A stretch of DNA of 64,000 nucleotides from Catajapyx aquilonaris (Eukaryota): the NCBI GenBank assembly GCA_000934665.2, contig JYFJ02001128.1, forward strand, positions 1 to 64,000, read 5' to 3'. This document shows, piece after piece, positions 36,501 through 48,500 of this stretch. The notes under the pieces were generated by a model that worked only from the letters and a program-made list of their open reading frames with translations, did no database searches and had not been told where the DNA came from. Within the stretch, counting starts at the first letter, position 1. Every line of letters begins with the position of its first letter. Both the position numbers and the translations under genes were made by a program.

Positions 36501-39500
36501 GTTAGCTGATAACGGTACGGTGATTTCATTTAATATTATTTTCATATTGTGCAGGATTGGTGATCAGAAGAGGCAATCATGTCGGTGTTTCCTCTTCTGT
36601 CATCGGTGGCAGGACTGATTAAAGTCCGAGTGGGTACCGACAAGGCAGTCATCGACAATGCGGTGTTCCGTCTGCACTACCGTACCACCGCCACAATGCT
36701 GTTCGTCTGCTGCATCCTGGTGACGGCCAACAGCCTGATAGGAGCACCCATCAACTGCATCGCACAGAATGGTATCCCGGAGAATGTCCTCAACACCTAC
36801 TGCTGGATCACATCCACCTTCACTCTTCCGGGTCGGTACCTGGGTCGTGTTGGAGAGGACGTTGCCTACCCGGGGGTGGGAACCGCGGGCGGACCCGAGG
36901 CCGTCTACCATACCTACTACCAGTGGGTGCCCTTCATGCTGTTTTTCCAAGGTGGGTGCAGCAACATGACAGGTTCATTGCCACTTATTATTGGAGGCTG
37001 AACCGGTACACAAACAAGGACTTCTGCATTGGAAGTTGTCTATATAAGAAATGGCAATGGCTCACGCTATACGTAAAAAAATGGGTGGATTTTTCGTCCC
37101 ACTGCTAGTTACTGCTAAGTTAGTAGTAACTAGCAGTGGGACGAAAATTCCACCCATTTGAATGACAGCAAATGTGTTCATAATTTGAGACAGAAAGGAC
37201 TGATTGTTGATGACTACGTGTGTTGTATGCCATTGCATAAGTCTATCCACACGGGCTTTTTTGCTCACTTCAGGCGACAGTCGAGCACAGTGTGCGGTCC
37301 TTTTGAGGTCTCATTGCCTAATCGGCGATTCAGAGAGTTGCACTCAGCATATCCTGTGAGAATGACAAGTGTATGACGCTGCTGATTTTGACCACAGTTT
37401 TGTTGATTCAGCTGTATTGACAAAGCTCGCATTTCCTTGTCATCAAGTTATGCGTCAAAATTCATGAATATCACTGACAATCTGTCGTTTTTCCAGGTGC
37501 GTTGTTCTACTTCCCCCACTGGCTATGGAAGACCTGGGAGGAAGGTCGAATGCGCAGCATCACCGATGGTATGCGAGGTGCGGTGCTTCATCTGGGAGAC
37601 CGAAAGGACCGTCAGACGCTGCTGGTGGACTACATCTCAGAGTCCATGCACATCCACACCCTGTACGCGGTCTCGTACGTCTTCTGCGAGCTGCTCAACC
37701 TGATCAACGTGATCGGCAACATCTTCTTCATAGACACCTTCTTGAACGGCGCCTTCCTCCAGTTCGGAGCCAAGGTGGTCGAGTTCTCCCAGGCCGACCA
37801 AGAGAACAGGACTGATCCAATGATCGCTGTGTTTCCTCGAGTGACCAAGTGCACCTTCCACAAGTTCGGTCCTTCAGGCACCATCCAGACCCACGACTCC
37901 ATCTGCATCCTGGCCCTCAACATCCTGAACGAGAAGATCTACATCTTCCTCTGGTTCTGGCTGGTCATCCTCGCTGTGCTGACCGCCGTCAACTTGATCT
38001 ACCGTTTGACGCAGGCCTTCTCTCCGTTGGTCCGTGCCTATGTCATCCAACGTCGTACGCGTCTCAACTACCTGGTCGGACTGGACGCGCTCATCCGACG
38101 CCTGCAGCTAGGAGACTATTTCATCATCAACCTCCTCGGGAAGAACATGGACACTCTCATCTACCGGGAGGTGCTGGACGAACTGGCCCGAAAATTGCAT
38201 TTGGAAGGAACCATCTCTGGACTGTCGCCGCCAACTAACGAAGGAAAGCCGCCCAAGAGTGACGCGTAAAGGATGATTCACATAGCGGCGATGTGGAACT
38301 GAAAAGCGAGCTATGTGGAACTAAAAAGCGAGCGATTTTTTCCAGCGATTGTCTGCTTTTTGGCCCCACATCGCCGATATGTGAAACACACCTTAGCGCC
38401 TTCATTTTCGTTGTTTTTTTGTGCTTTTGGTGCCATATGTCAACCAAGGCTTCCATTCATGACAGTGCATTTGTTTCCCCCTCCCCCTTTTTTTAAAAAA
38501 GTGTCCTGCCAGGATTAATGTGCAAATGAGTACGGTTGTGGTTATCATATCGCTAAGCATTCCTACCCCCCATCTTCTTTTTTTTGTTTTCTTACCATGC
38601 AGAATCTGCCAGAACTGTTTTTCTTCCTTACATGGTTTAGTTTTTCTACTTAATTTTATTTTAGACATGTGATATTTTGGAGCACCAACATTTACTGCCG
38701 TGTAGCATTTCATTGGAATAAAGTCACCGTTTTTATAGCCAATGGATTACAGTCAGTGTGATTGACCCTATAGATGCACTGCAGCTCTATTTATAACTGA
38801 GAGTTAAAATTATACACATAGCGTATGCTAAATTCCCACTGATTAACATGATTTCGCAGTCTCATTGATTAACGCTTGGATAATTTAAACATTGATTTTC
38901 ATATCCTTTGGTTCTCGTACATTGTGACATTATCGCTCATTCTGTGTCCTCGTAGATTCATTCGCAATATTACATTGTCCTACAGTTCAATTCGTAAATA
39001 ATGTAGATTACATCTTGCTCATATTCCTAGCCATTATTGTATGCAATGAAGGTCAAAGGCACAGAAAATGATTTCGATCATTACTTCTAAAACCCTTTGC
39101 GGTCATTACGCGGGCAATGCCATATATGCACTTACAAGTGTACAAAAGAAGGTACCGGCATTTCTTTCAGTGAAGTTAAGAGTTGGGGATGCCCACAGGA
39201 AAAAAAGAGGTCGTTCCCTGAATCTGACCAACCGTAATCGCCCAAGCAAACGCTTCTTCCGTAATGAGAAGGCGTAATAAATTGCATCATCCGGCCACTG
39301 GGAAGACACTTACGACCTGCGTAGGCCTACCTGCATACTTCCCATTACCAAGGCCGTCTGGTCTGGCCTAATCAAGTTCATTGATTTAAAAAAATATATA
39401 GGTGAACGGTCTCACTTGAAAATACACGACTCCCGGCTATTGCCCCGGGGGAACCAAAGCCATACACGGAAAACTTATGCGTCACTGCCTCTTACTAGTA

Positions 39501-42500
39501 CTTACAAAAAAAGTCACCTAATTAACCACACCAGCTTCCTTTACGATAATCAACGACTTTGTTATATATGAGGGTCAGCATGATCACTTGTTCCAGTTGA
39601 CACCGACACGACATTTGGGGCACATATTGTCCAGGTAAGTGCGGAATATATCCGACAGTATTGTACAGCATGGTGAAAGTATTTTTCCTCTTTTTGCCTA
39701 ACCTTCACTTGGCGTTAATGCTGAAGAATACATTTGTCCAAAACTTTTAGGGCGTACATGCCAGAAACTTCGATGTAGTGTGGTACAGGACATCCTCCGT
39801 TATCACCATGTTTTTCTCAGTTGCGACGACGTGACGGATGCATATCCGCAAGCTGTTTGTACTTCAGATAATGGACCACGAATTTTCTTTCGTCTTCAGG
39901 CAAGCACAGAGACAACTTCAGCAGCATGCTGTTGGCTCTTTTGTCTCAAATATCATGGCTTGTCCGAGTACGGGGTACGACGGACAAGGCGTCGATCGAC
40001 AACTTCGTCTTTCGAATGCACTACCGGGCCACCACCACCATCTTCTTCGTCTGCTGCATACTCATCACAGCCAACAGCCTCATCGGCGATCCCATCAGTT
40101 GCATACCACCGACGTCGGATATACCTAGTTCAGTCTTCAACAACTACTGCTGGGTGCATTCCACCTTCACGTTACCCGAACTGGCTGGCACCAACCAACA
40201 TATCTTCCACGGGATCGGTACTCCGCTGGGACATCTCAAGCAGCTTAAACATGCTTATTACCAATGGGTGCCGTTTGTCCTGTTCTTACAAGGTATGTTT
40301 ATCCCTTTATTGTGGTCAGTCGTTCCATAAAACAACAACTCGAGCTCATTTCATCCACCGAAACAGTTATAATGTTACTAACATCAACTATTTCGGAGAA
40401 TGACATGAACTCCAGCGAGAGTTAATTTTAACTCTTCTTTTTTAGAGAGTATGTTAGCATGAAATCAGAGAGTCAGATTGTACTGTGCAGATGTTCTCGT
40501 AAATGCCACCAAATGTACTGATCATACCCCTTTTTTTGGTACAGGTATCTGCTTCTACCTCCCTCACTTTCTATGGAAATGCTTCGAAGGTGGTCGCATA
40601 TCGTCGCTCACAGAAGGAATCAGGGGAGTTTCACTCGGCGACCAACAGGACAAGATGAATGCACTGGTGAAGTACATCATCGATTCCCTGTACATCCATC
40701 GTTGGTACGCAGCCAAGTACATCCTGTGCGAGATCCTCAACTTCGTCAACGTGCTGGGCAACATCTTCTTCATCAACCTCTTCCTCAAAGGAGCCTTCCT
40801 GAACTTCGGTCCTCGAGTGCTGGAGTACGCCAGCTCCGATTCGAGCAACGCCACCAATATATGGCTCGAGGTCTTTCCGAGGGTGACCAAGTGCACCTTC
40901 TACACATTCGGGCACTCCGGAAGCATCCAGATCCACGACTCCCTTTGCGTTCTGGCCCTCAATATCCTCAACGAGAAGATATACATTTTCCTCTGGTTCT
41001 GGCTCATCTTCTTGACCCTGATCTCCGGTCTCAACGTGCTGTACCGGATGGCCATGGTGATCTTCCCAGTGGTGAGGGTCTACGCAATGGAGCAGAGGAC
41101 CCGTGTGGCCAGAAGCGCCAACCATCTGATCCGAAGGCTTCATCTGGCCGACTACTTCATGCTCTGCAGCCTCCAGAGAAACATGGACATCTTGGTGTTT
41201 CGAGACTTCCTGGCCGAGCTATCAGAGGCCATCATACCACCCAAGAAAGTGGCGGCACCTGATGAAACCCTAAACCTCCAGAGGATGTACCCAAATGGTG
41301 TGGAGTCCGCCCCTTCTTTCGAGGCCCTAAATCGCAGGCTCAAATCTGAATTCCATCAACTGTGACAATAACGTGTTGAATATAATACAGTGTTAATTCA
41401 ATAAAATTGAGGCGATTGTTTCGTACGAAAAATGTTTGATTATTTTTTACACTTGTTAAAAGCGCAAGTAATTCGGGGCGTTCCCTGATATCTGCAGCAG
41501 TGTACAGTTCAAAACCGCAATTGTATTTCTCAATGAACTTTCGCAAATCATGGTTAGCCCCTTATCTTCATGCCAATATTCCGCGGAAGCGTCAACAAGA
41601 CATGGTTATATACAATATGTCGGCAAGATGACACAAGACCTACTCGTCATTTCACTGATTTCAAAGAAAAGCCTGCATCATTGCGGAGCTGTGAAGCGCA
41701 AACCTCTCGAATCGCCTGCTGACACTTCTTCCATTGTTAAGAGTAACAAATAACGTCACCGCAGCAGACATAGGGGCGGATATCTTCACCGCAATTTCCA
41801 CCAAAACCGCAATGAGCAAAGGGAATTCGTGGTGCGGAAAAATGGCGCCGATTGAACTGGCGTCGCCGGATGTAAAGTGTACAATAAAAAATGTAAAAAC
41901 AATATCAGAATTTACCTGTTTCCCCAGTCGATCTTAGCTGTAATCTTGAGTTTGAGCTCTCTGGTTTGGTCCTGAGTCAGTGTTCCGACGATGAGTTGTC
42001 GCCTCCAGCTCTGAAGCTCTCGCATCACTTTGCCCAAGGTGTCGAACTTGTACTGCTCTCGTTCCTGCCACGAGAGAAAGTTTGGCCCATTAAAAATACA
42101 TTTCAGCTACGGTTTTGTATCAGCATTGTTCTTACCACAAAAAGACGCTTCCAAATTCCGCCCCATTCTCTCAGAACCAAAGTCACTTCGAGGACTACGG
42201 GGTCTTCCATAGGTGTTATGGTCTCGTACAACCTGAAAACCAAATTGTAGCAATGTACATATTGTAATTTAGAATAAAAATAATGGATATTCACATCATG
42301 TGCCTGGGTTATTAATGCTATTTTTTTTACTCAAAGAATAAGCACCAACAATGCTTCTAATTAATGAACTGAACTTGAGCAGTGTACCACCCTGTGCATG
42401 ACTCAGGATTGGCCAGTAAATGGTAAATATGATGTACGTCATCTTATAAGGAAGCAAATGTGGGTCATCTGATAAGTCCTACTCCGCCCTACTCCTGCTC

Positions 42501-45500
42501 ACTTTGTTCTAACCTTTACTCTCCACTGATGTGGCTAAATGCGTTATCTAATGAAGTAATACACATATCATCATCATGGTGCAAACACAGTCAATTCTTA
42601 GTGCGGATTATTACAAATTACTTGTTAGCTCAACTCAAAGCCATGTAATGACAGAACTAGACAGTCATTAATCGACGCAATAAATCACCCAGTTGGAGGT
42701 GCTGAACAGCATAATAGAAAACTCAAAATAGCGCGCATCAACATCAACCCTTTCAAAGGCAAAATTCCCTCGATAATAATAATCAATTATATTCAAATCC
42801 ACTCTATTAACCGCACCCGACGAAACAAAACACCGCTTTAGTTAAACGCCACAACAGGCGGTAAAACCCTCGCCAGAATGTTATTTTATTTTCCTCCCAC
42901 CGAAGCATAATCCCAATAGAAAATTTAAATCATCCTGAGAGGTGCTCTCATCAATCAAACCCCCTAAACCCAATTTATTCCCAATCCCCCATAATGACCC
43001 AAAAAGTGCGTTGGACCCTTACGCACATCCGCAAAAAAAAAGCAGAGTAATCCATTAATGTAACTTACCCGTCGTTATCGATTTTGAATGGCTTCAGATG
43101 AATGTACGCTGCTGGAAATATTCCCTGGAAAAGAGCGACACATTATGATTGCAGCTTCCCACACTATACGAGAGGCCTGTCACCTATACAAACAACAGGC
43201 GTGTTGTGAAATGCAATATTCCCTTTTACGCTAATAATGACAGGGGGGAACATGCAAAAAAAAAAATCCGCATATTGATTAGCAGTGTTGCAAATCTGGT
43301 TTGAACCTTGCGCCAATTTTTCATACTGCATGTGTTTGTATACTGGCAGAGGGCACTGCTTCCTTGCGGTTCGCCAAAGTTGGCTTAACTTTTTGCGCCG
43401 CCTCGCTGCACACTTGCGAACTCTTTCGCCTATATTTTTTTTTGCACACGGTCGGTTTAGAAGGGATTTCCAACACTGCACTGGTCGCACTCTTGCCAAT
43501 TTATGCACTGCATTCGATGTAAATTTTCCCAGGCATTTGCATACAGCTCGTGTGAACGGAAGCCAGCATCCACCCTCTTTTTTCCCCAGTTTGAAAACAA
43601 ATCTAGATAAATGCTGGTTAGTCCAACACTCTGAACACTGTATATCGTATGTGGGCATTTCGCCTGGGACTGTTTGAAAACCACACAGCCAGAATCTTTT
43701 AAGAATTTTAATTGTTGGCGATAAAGCAACAATAAATACAGCCAAATGTACATTTTCCCCACGTTTATGAGGCATCAGTATAGGTGACAGTCCTATATGC
43801 AAATACCTGTAATATGCTATTATAATATTGGACTGTACAGTATTTAGTCTTGCAACAAACAAGCAATTGACTTGTGTCTAAATGTTGTTGCTTCAGCAAG
43901 TCACATGGTTGCAATACCACTCATTTAGTAATATCGTTCATAGCTGGAGAATGTTGTTGACTGATGCAGAACAGATTGCCATACACCACCATCAACATTT
44001 ACTTAGCAAAATTACACTTCACAACATCAAACAATCTGTTGGTTCACTCAGCTAGTAATTTTAGAAACAACTAAAAATGCATCAATTATACATCAGAGTT
44101 TGGTGCAATGGCTGTCACGATCTATCGTGAGATATGCAACAGTCCAAATAAGCTGCGATATGTTCAAGCAGCTCATACAACCAGCCTCTGTAGCTTGGTT
44201 TAAAATTTCGCATCAAACCCGCCCACTCAACAGCCCATGCAGAGTCCTTGGCAAGAAGCAAGCACTAAAAAGAAACCCTGTGTTTGTTACAAGGATGCAT
44301 ATTTTTTCACTCTTCACGTCACATCTTTCCACATGCAACGCATGCAACCTGGATTATTCCTCTGGGAAGAACAACACTCTCTATAGTAAAGAATCTGAAC
44401 AATACTTCTGTACAACCCATTTAAAAAGAGTTCAACGACCTTTAGCTTGGACATTACATCAATAATGGATCTGGACTCACCCGAAGCGATCTGTTCCTGG
44501 TTGAGCATCCACGAAACCAGCCTGGAATAATAATAAAAAAGGAAGTCAATATGAAGATGTCAGAAATGTCTCCATCGCTCCAGATGACAAAAGGTCAGTG
44601 GCCATGGGCAATTACGAGGTCTCCAAGAGCTCTTTATTAGCCTCTCTCCACCACAGCATTACACGTCGCCTAATTTCGCAAGCTATACGCGAGATGCTGT
44701 GAGATCCAAATGAAATAATTATTTCCCTCTCTCTCTAGACTTCCACTTGAACGAATAGCCAGGCGTTCAAGCTGTGACCAACTTTGCATTTATTATTCTC
44801 GCACCTCCTCCCATGAGAATCAAGCAGAACTTTGATCATTAGAAAACGAGCCGAAAAGGTGTAGAACTTCGGCATTGACTGGCATTTTCTAGGGAATGTC
44901 TGGAGCTTGCTTCTGCATTAAGTGAACTCTCAATAAGGTATCTCGTTAATGACTGCTCATGTACCATTCATTCCAAGCTATGCATACATTTCCTCTGGGT
45001 ACTGCATGGCAAAGAAGGATTCAACAGTCAGCACTATATAGCATAGTGAATATTTTAATTCTAAAAATAATTTAATACTCCTAGAATGCTCAGGAGCTGA
45101 AATATTTTTTTCGTGAAGGCCACATCTGCGAAATTTCAACGCGTCTATACCTGTATACCCTTAACAATGACTGGCAGACCCCAGCTGCGTGGGAGACAAT
45201 GAAGGAGAAATAAATTGGGAAAAAGAAGTAGACGACAACGACAGAAGACGGCAGCAAAAATCATCTCCGAGATGAAAATTACAGAAAGACAGACTCAGCC
45301 CGGAAGATTACTCTGGTTCCCTCGAGATGAGAAAAGATCGAGATAAAAGGAAAAGGGGAAGAAAAATGAATCTAAATAATTCATCCAGTTTTAACGGTTT
45401 TAGGCTGCTAGTCCCCCCATCAAATTAGAGCAAATCCTCCGCAATTATTTTTAATGAGCTGTATATTTGCCGAATAAAACTCACCTCCACATTCCTCCAG

Positions 45501-48500
45501 TATGTGCACCGTTTCGCCAATTTCCAGAGGCAGCCCGTACTTGACGTCGCTGTTCCATTTGTACACAGCTGGAAAGTAAAGAATAAAAAAAAAATCAGCA
45601 CTGAAAATCACGCGCCGTTTGAGGAAATGTACCACTATAGAGATACGCTTCCGCCACCCATTGTTACCGCTAATTGCGGATTCACAGGAAGCAAGTGCTC
45701 GGGGTCTGCAAAGAGTTTAATTTGCGCCTGAATATGAGAATGGCTCACATCCAACGCTCTGAAGATCCGCGAGACCCGGGCATATAAAAGCTGGCAGACT
45801 GTGAACACGGGTCGACCATGTTTTATCACACCTGTCTCACACACACGCAAAAAAAAATTTTAGTTTCATTTTGAACGCGACAGGAATTTCATTTAACTAC
45901 GACACGCAGAGCAAAAAAATAAAGGACTCGTGTTTTTGGCAACGACTAAACACACGTGATGAATTCTGTCTCTCGAGGCGCATTTACATCTGTAAAAATA
46001 ACCCGTGGGGGCTTGGTCACCATCAGTGACCACATTAAAAAAATTGTTTCCTGTCCATTATATGCTCGTACATCATGTAATCTGCTTAAAAAGGGGTCTA
46101 ACGCTATTAACACAGAGAATTCCCTGAGGCTGTGTTGTCCCACACACTCTCAGGCATCAAAATTGTTGCAGGCATTTTTTCACTGTGAAAAATGGCTATA
46201 CCCAAATGCTTCCATAATATGATAAATAAAATTATTCCATTAAAGCATATCCGGAACATAAACGTTAGCCTGTCGCTATTCAGCTATTCGTATCCAGCTG
46301 AAAAATTCCCATTTTCAATTCGCCTTTTTTTTTACCATTCGAATGGTTTTGTTATACAAAAGCAAACTCCACGGGAAATGATAGACCTGTCAACCAGCTT
46401 AGGACCCATCCCTGTTCCCTTAAAAAAAATTGCGAACTGAAGGCAATGGGAGGATGAGGGAATGGCGACATTTCCTTCCCAAGTCTCTGACGGAACCAAC
46501 TCGACACTTGAATAAATGCATTTCTTCCGACTTGCGTTCTTCAGCATTTTTTTATACCTTATTCCGCTCCATCTCCATCCGGAAAAAAATGGTTTGATAC
46601 CGAATTCTCTGGCTAGTACTTCAAGCACGTATGAACTATAGAACGAAGCCTCCAAATGTACTTGTTTACTTCTTCGAATGAAAAAAAAAAAAAATTTGAA
46701 GTGGCGGGAAGTACGTGGCGGGGAAATCTCCGCACTATTGGATTTCCTTCACATCAAAAGGATTGCGAGAAAGTTTTTGCGCTCAAGACGCTTGGGGAAA
46801 AGGGTACGAATTTTATAGAGCCCATCAACCGAATCCTCAGGAAAAAAAAATCAGGAGGGGAAAAACCTGGGATCCTGGGTATATAGGAAAGGCCAAAGCT
46901 TCGGTTGTGGGGTAATGCGGCAACCTCGTTGACTTCACAAGCCCTGCGGCACTATCGGAGTCGTGATGCGATTGACAAGTCAACTAACCAAGTCCTTATT
47001 TCCTTTTCTACCTTCCTGCATCCGCCATGGGATCACTTTTCACCAAAATATGTAGAATTCTGCACCGGAAAACTCGTTTTTAAATAGTCAGGATACGTAT
47101 CTTGGGATTATTCATCGCATAATAATCAATGCAATTTTACTTGTGCAATGACGTCACGATAGCAATGAAACAATGTAAGCGGCATTTAAAAGATAATGAC
47201 GTCATTACACAAGCATGATTACAGCTGTTTTGTTTGTTACACATTCCAGAATGGTCCAGCCTGCAAAGTTCGTCAGGTCATGTTGTACAGTCAGTGTTTT
47301 CGCTCAGTTTGTTTGCTAAGCTGAAACGTGATTATCGTCTACATGCACACACACGTACATATAAACAAAAATGAGTATCGGGCGACATAAGTTTGTTTTC
47401 CCCGGCATACTAACCCCTCACGACACTGACACAGATAGACTCTGCAAAACAATGGCCAGCAGGCAGTTCGCACCAGGTCCGCTTTCACCTATTAAGATAG
47501 TGAAAACATATAGTGATCGAAATTGCGCTACGTAAGAGCCATACCCTGCATTCGTCTGGCCAGCACAAAACCTCCCTTTGTTTCGTAACAGGACAGGAAC
47601 TCCGCGGACTTGAGCGCCCCTTCCGATTTTGCACAATAATGTCTGCCACACCGCCTCTCAACACTAAACTCCAGAACAATGTCAGAGACAAATTGAACCT
47701 AACTGGCGAAAACAAGGCCCGAATAACCTAATAAACCAGGGTCTCTCGTCTCCTGAGGTTTTCCTTTGCTGCTGATGAGACCAAACTCCATTTGGGCAGC
47801 ATCTGACCAAAGGGACAGAAACGTCACCAAAAAAATTAAATAATTATGTAAAAAAATATAACTGCATAATATCAGTCAAAAATAATCGGTATTTCAGGTT
47901 CGCGAATGAACCCATTAACACAACTCGTAAATGCACTTCATTGCTTCCAAGTGCACGTAATTTTTTAAAAGAGGTTTTTACCGTCCTTTTGCTTCCAAGT
48001 CACGTTCAAAAATCGGGTCTAGGGGCTATAAATATCAGGCGCCTAACAAGCCGTGCTCCAAAAGGGTCTATCGTCTTGGAAATCATCCGGGATTTTGAAC
48101 CACTCCCTGGATTGCGCAATAACAAGCACGAAGACACCGAGCCTGGAGAAAAAAGATAAATCTTTGCTTTCCTGCTGGAAACCTTCCCAACCAAGAGAAT
48201 TGGGGGATCTTCGATGGGAAACTTCCCCTTAAATGAAACCCATCTATTTCCACCCCCACACACAAAAGCCAGTGCTCTTGTTTTCACAGCGATCCTCATT
48301 CTCATCAGGACAAACATCGCACAAATAATTAATAGCAACCTCCACCAGTTCCTACCCAGAAATCCTCCAGCATTCATCGACCCGGAAACATTCCCCCTGA
48401 AGTTAAGGTTCCGGAACACATTTCTCCAACACCAAAAACACCATATAACTCCCATCATTTTGAAAATTGCAAAATTCTGTCCTCCATTAGGACACCTGTT

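Noticed and set aside
40564..41262. Long alternative-frame and antisense ORFs over the innexins (also 37525-38238)
   Set aside because: Shadows of GC3-rich coding sequence with no recognisable motifs.
43164..43862. 232-aa minus-strand ORF in DOCK intron 3
   Set aside because: Non-ATG start, no domain, no convincing splice signals.
45569..45635. MVHFLKRR... as the DOCK N-terminus
   Set aside because: Starts at GTG and runs through the pyrimidine tract; the true exon 1 is at 59705-59669.
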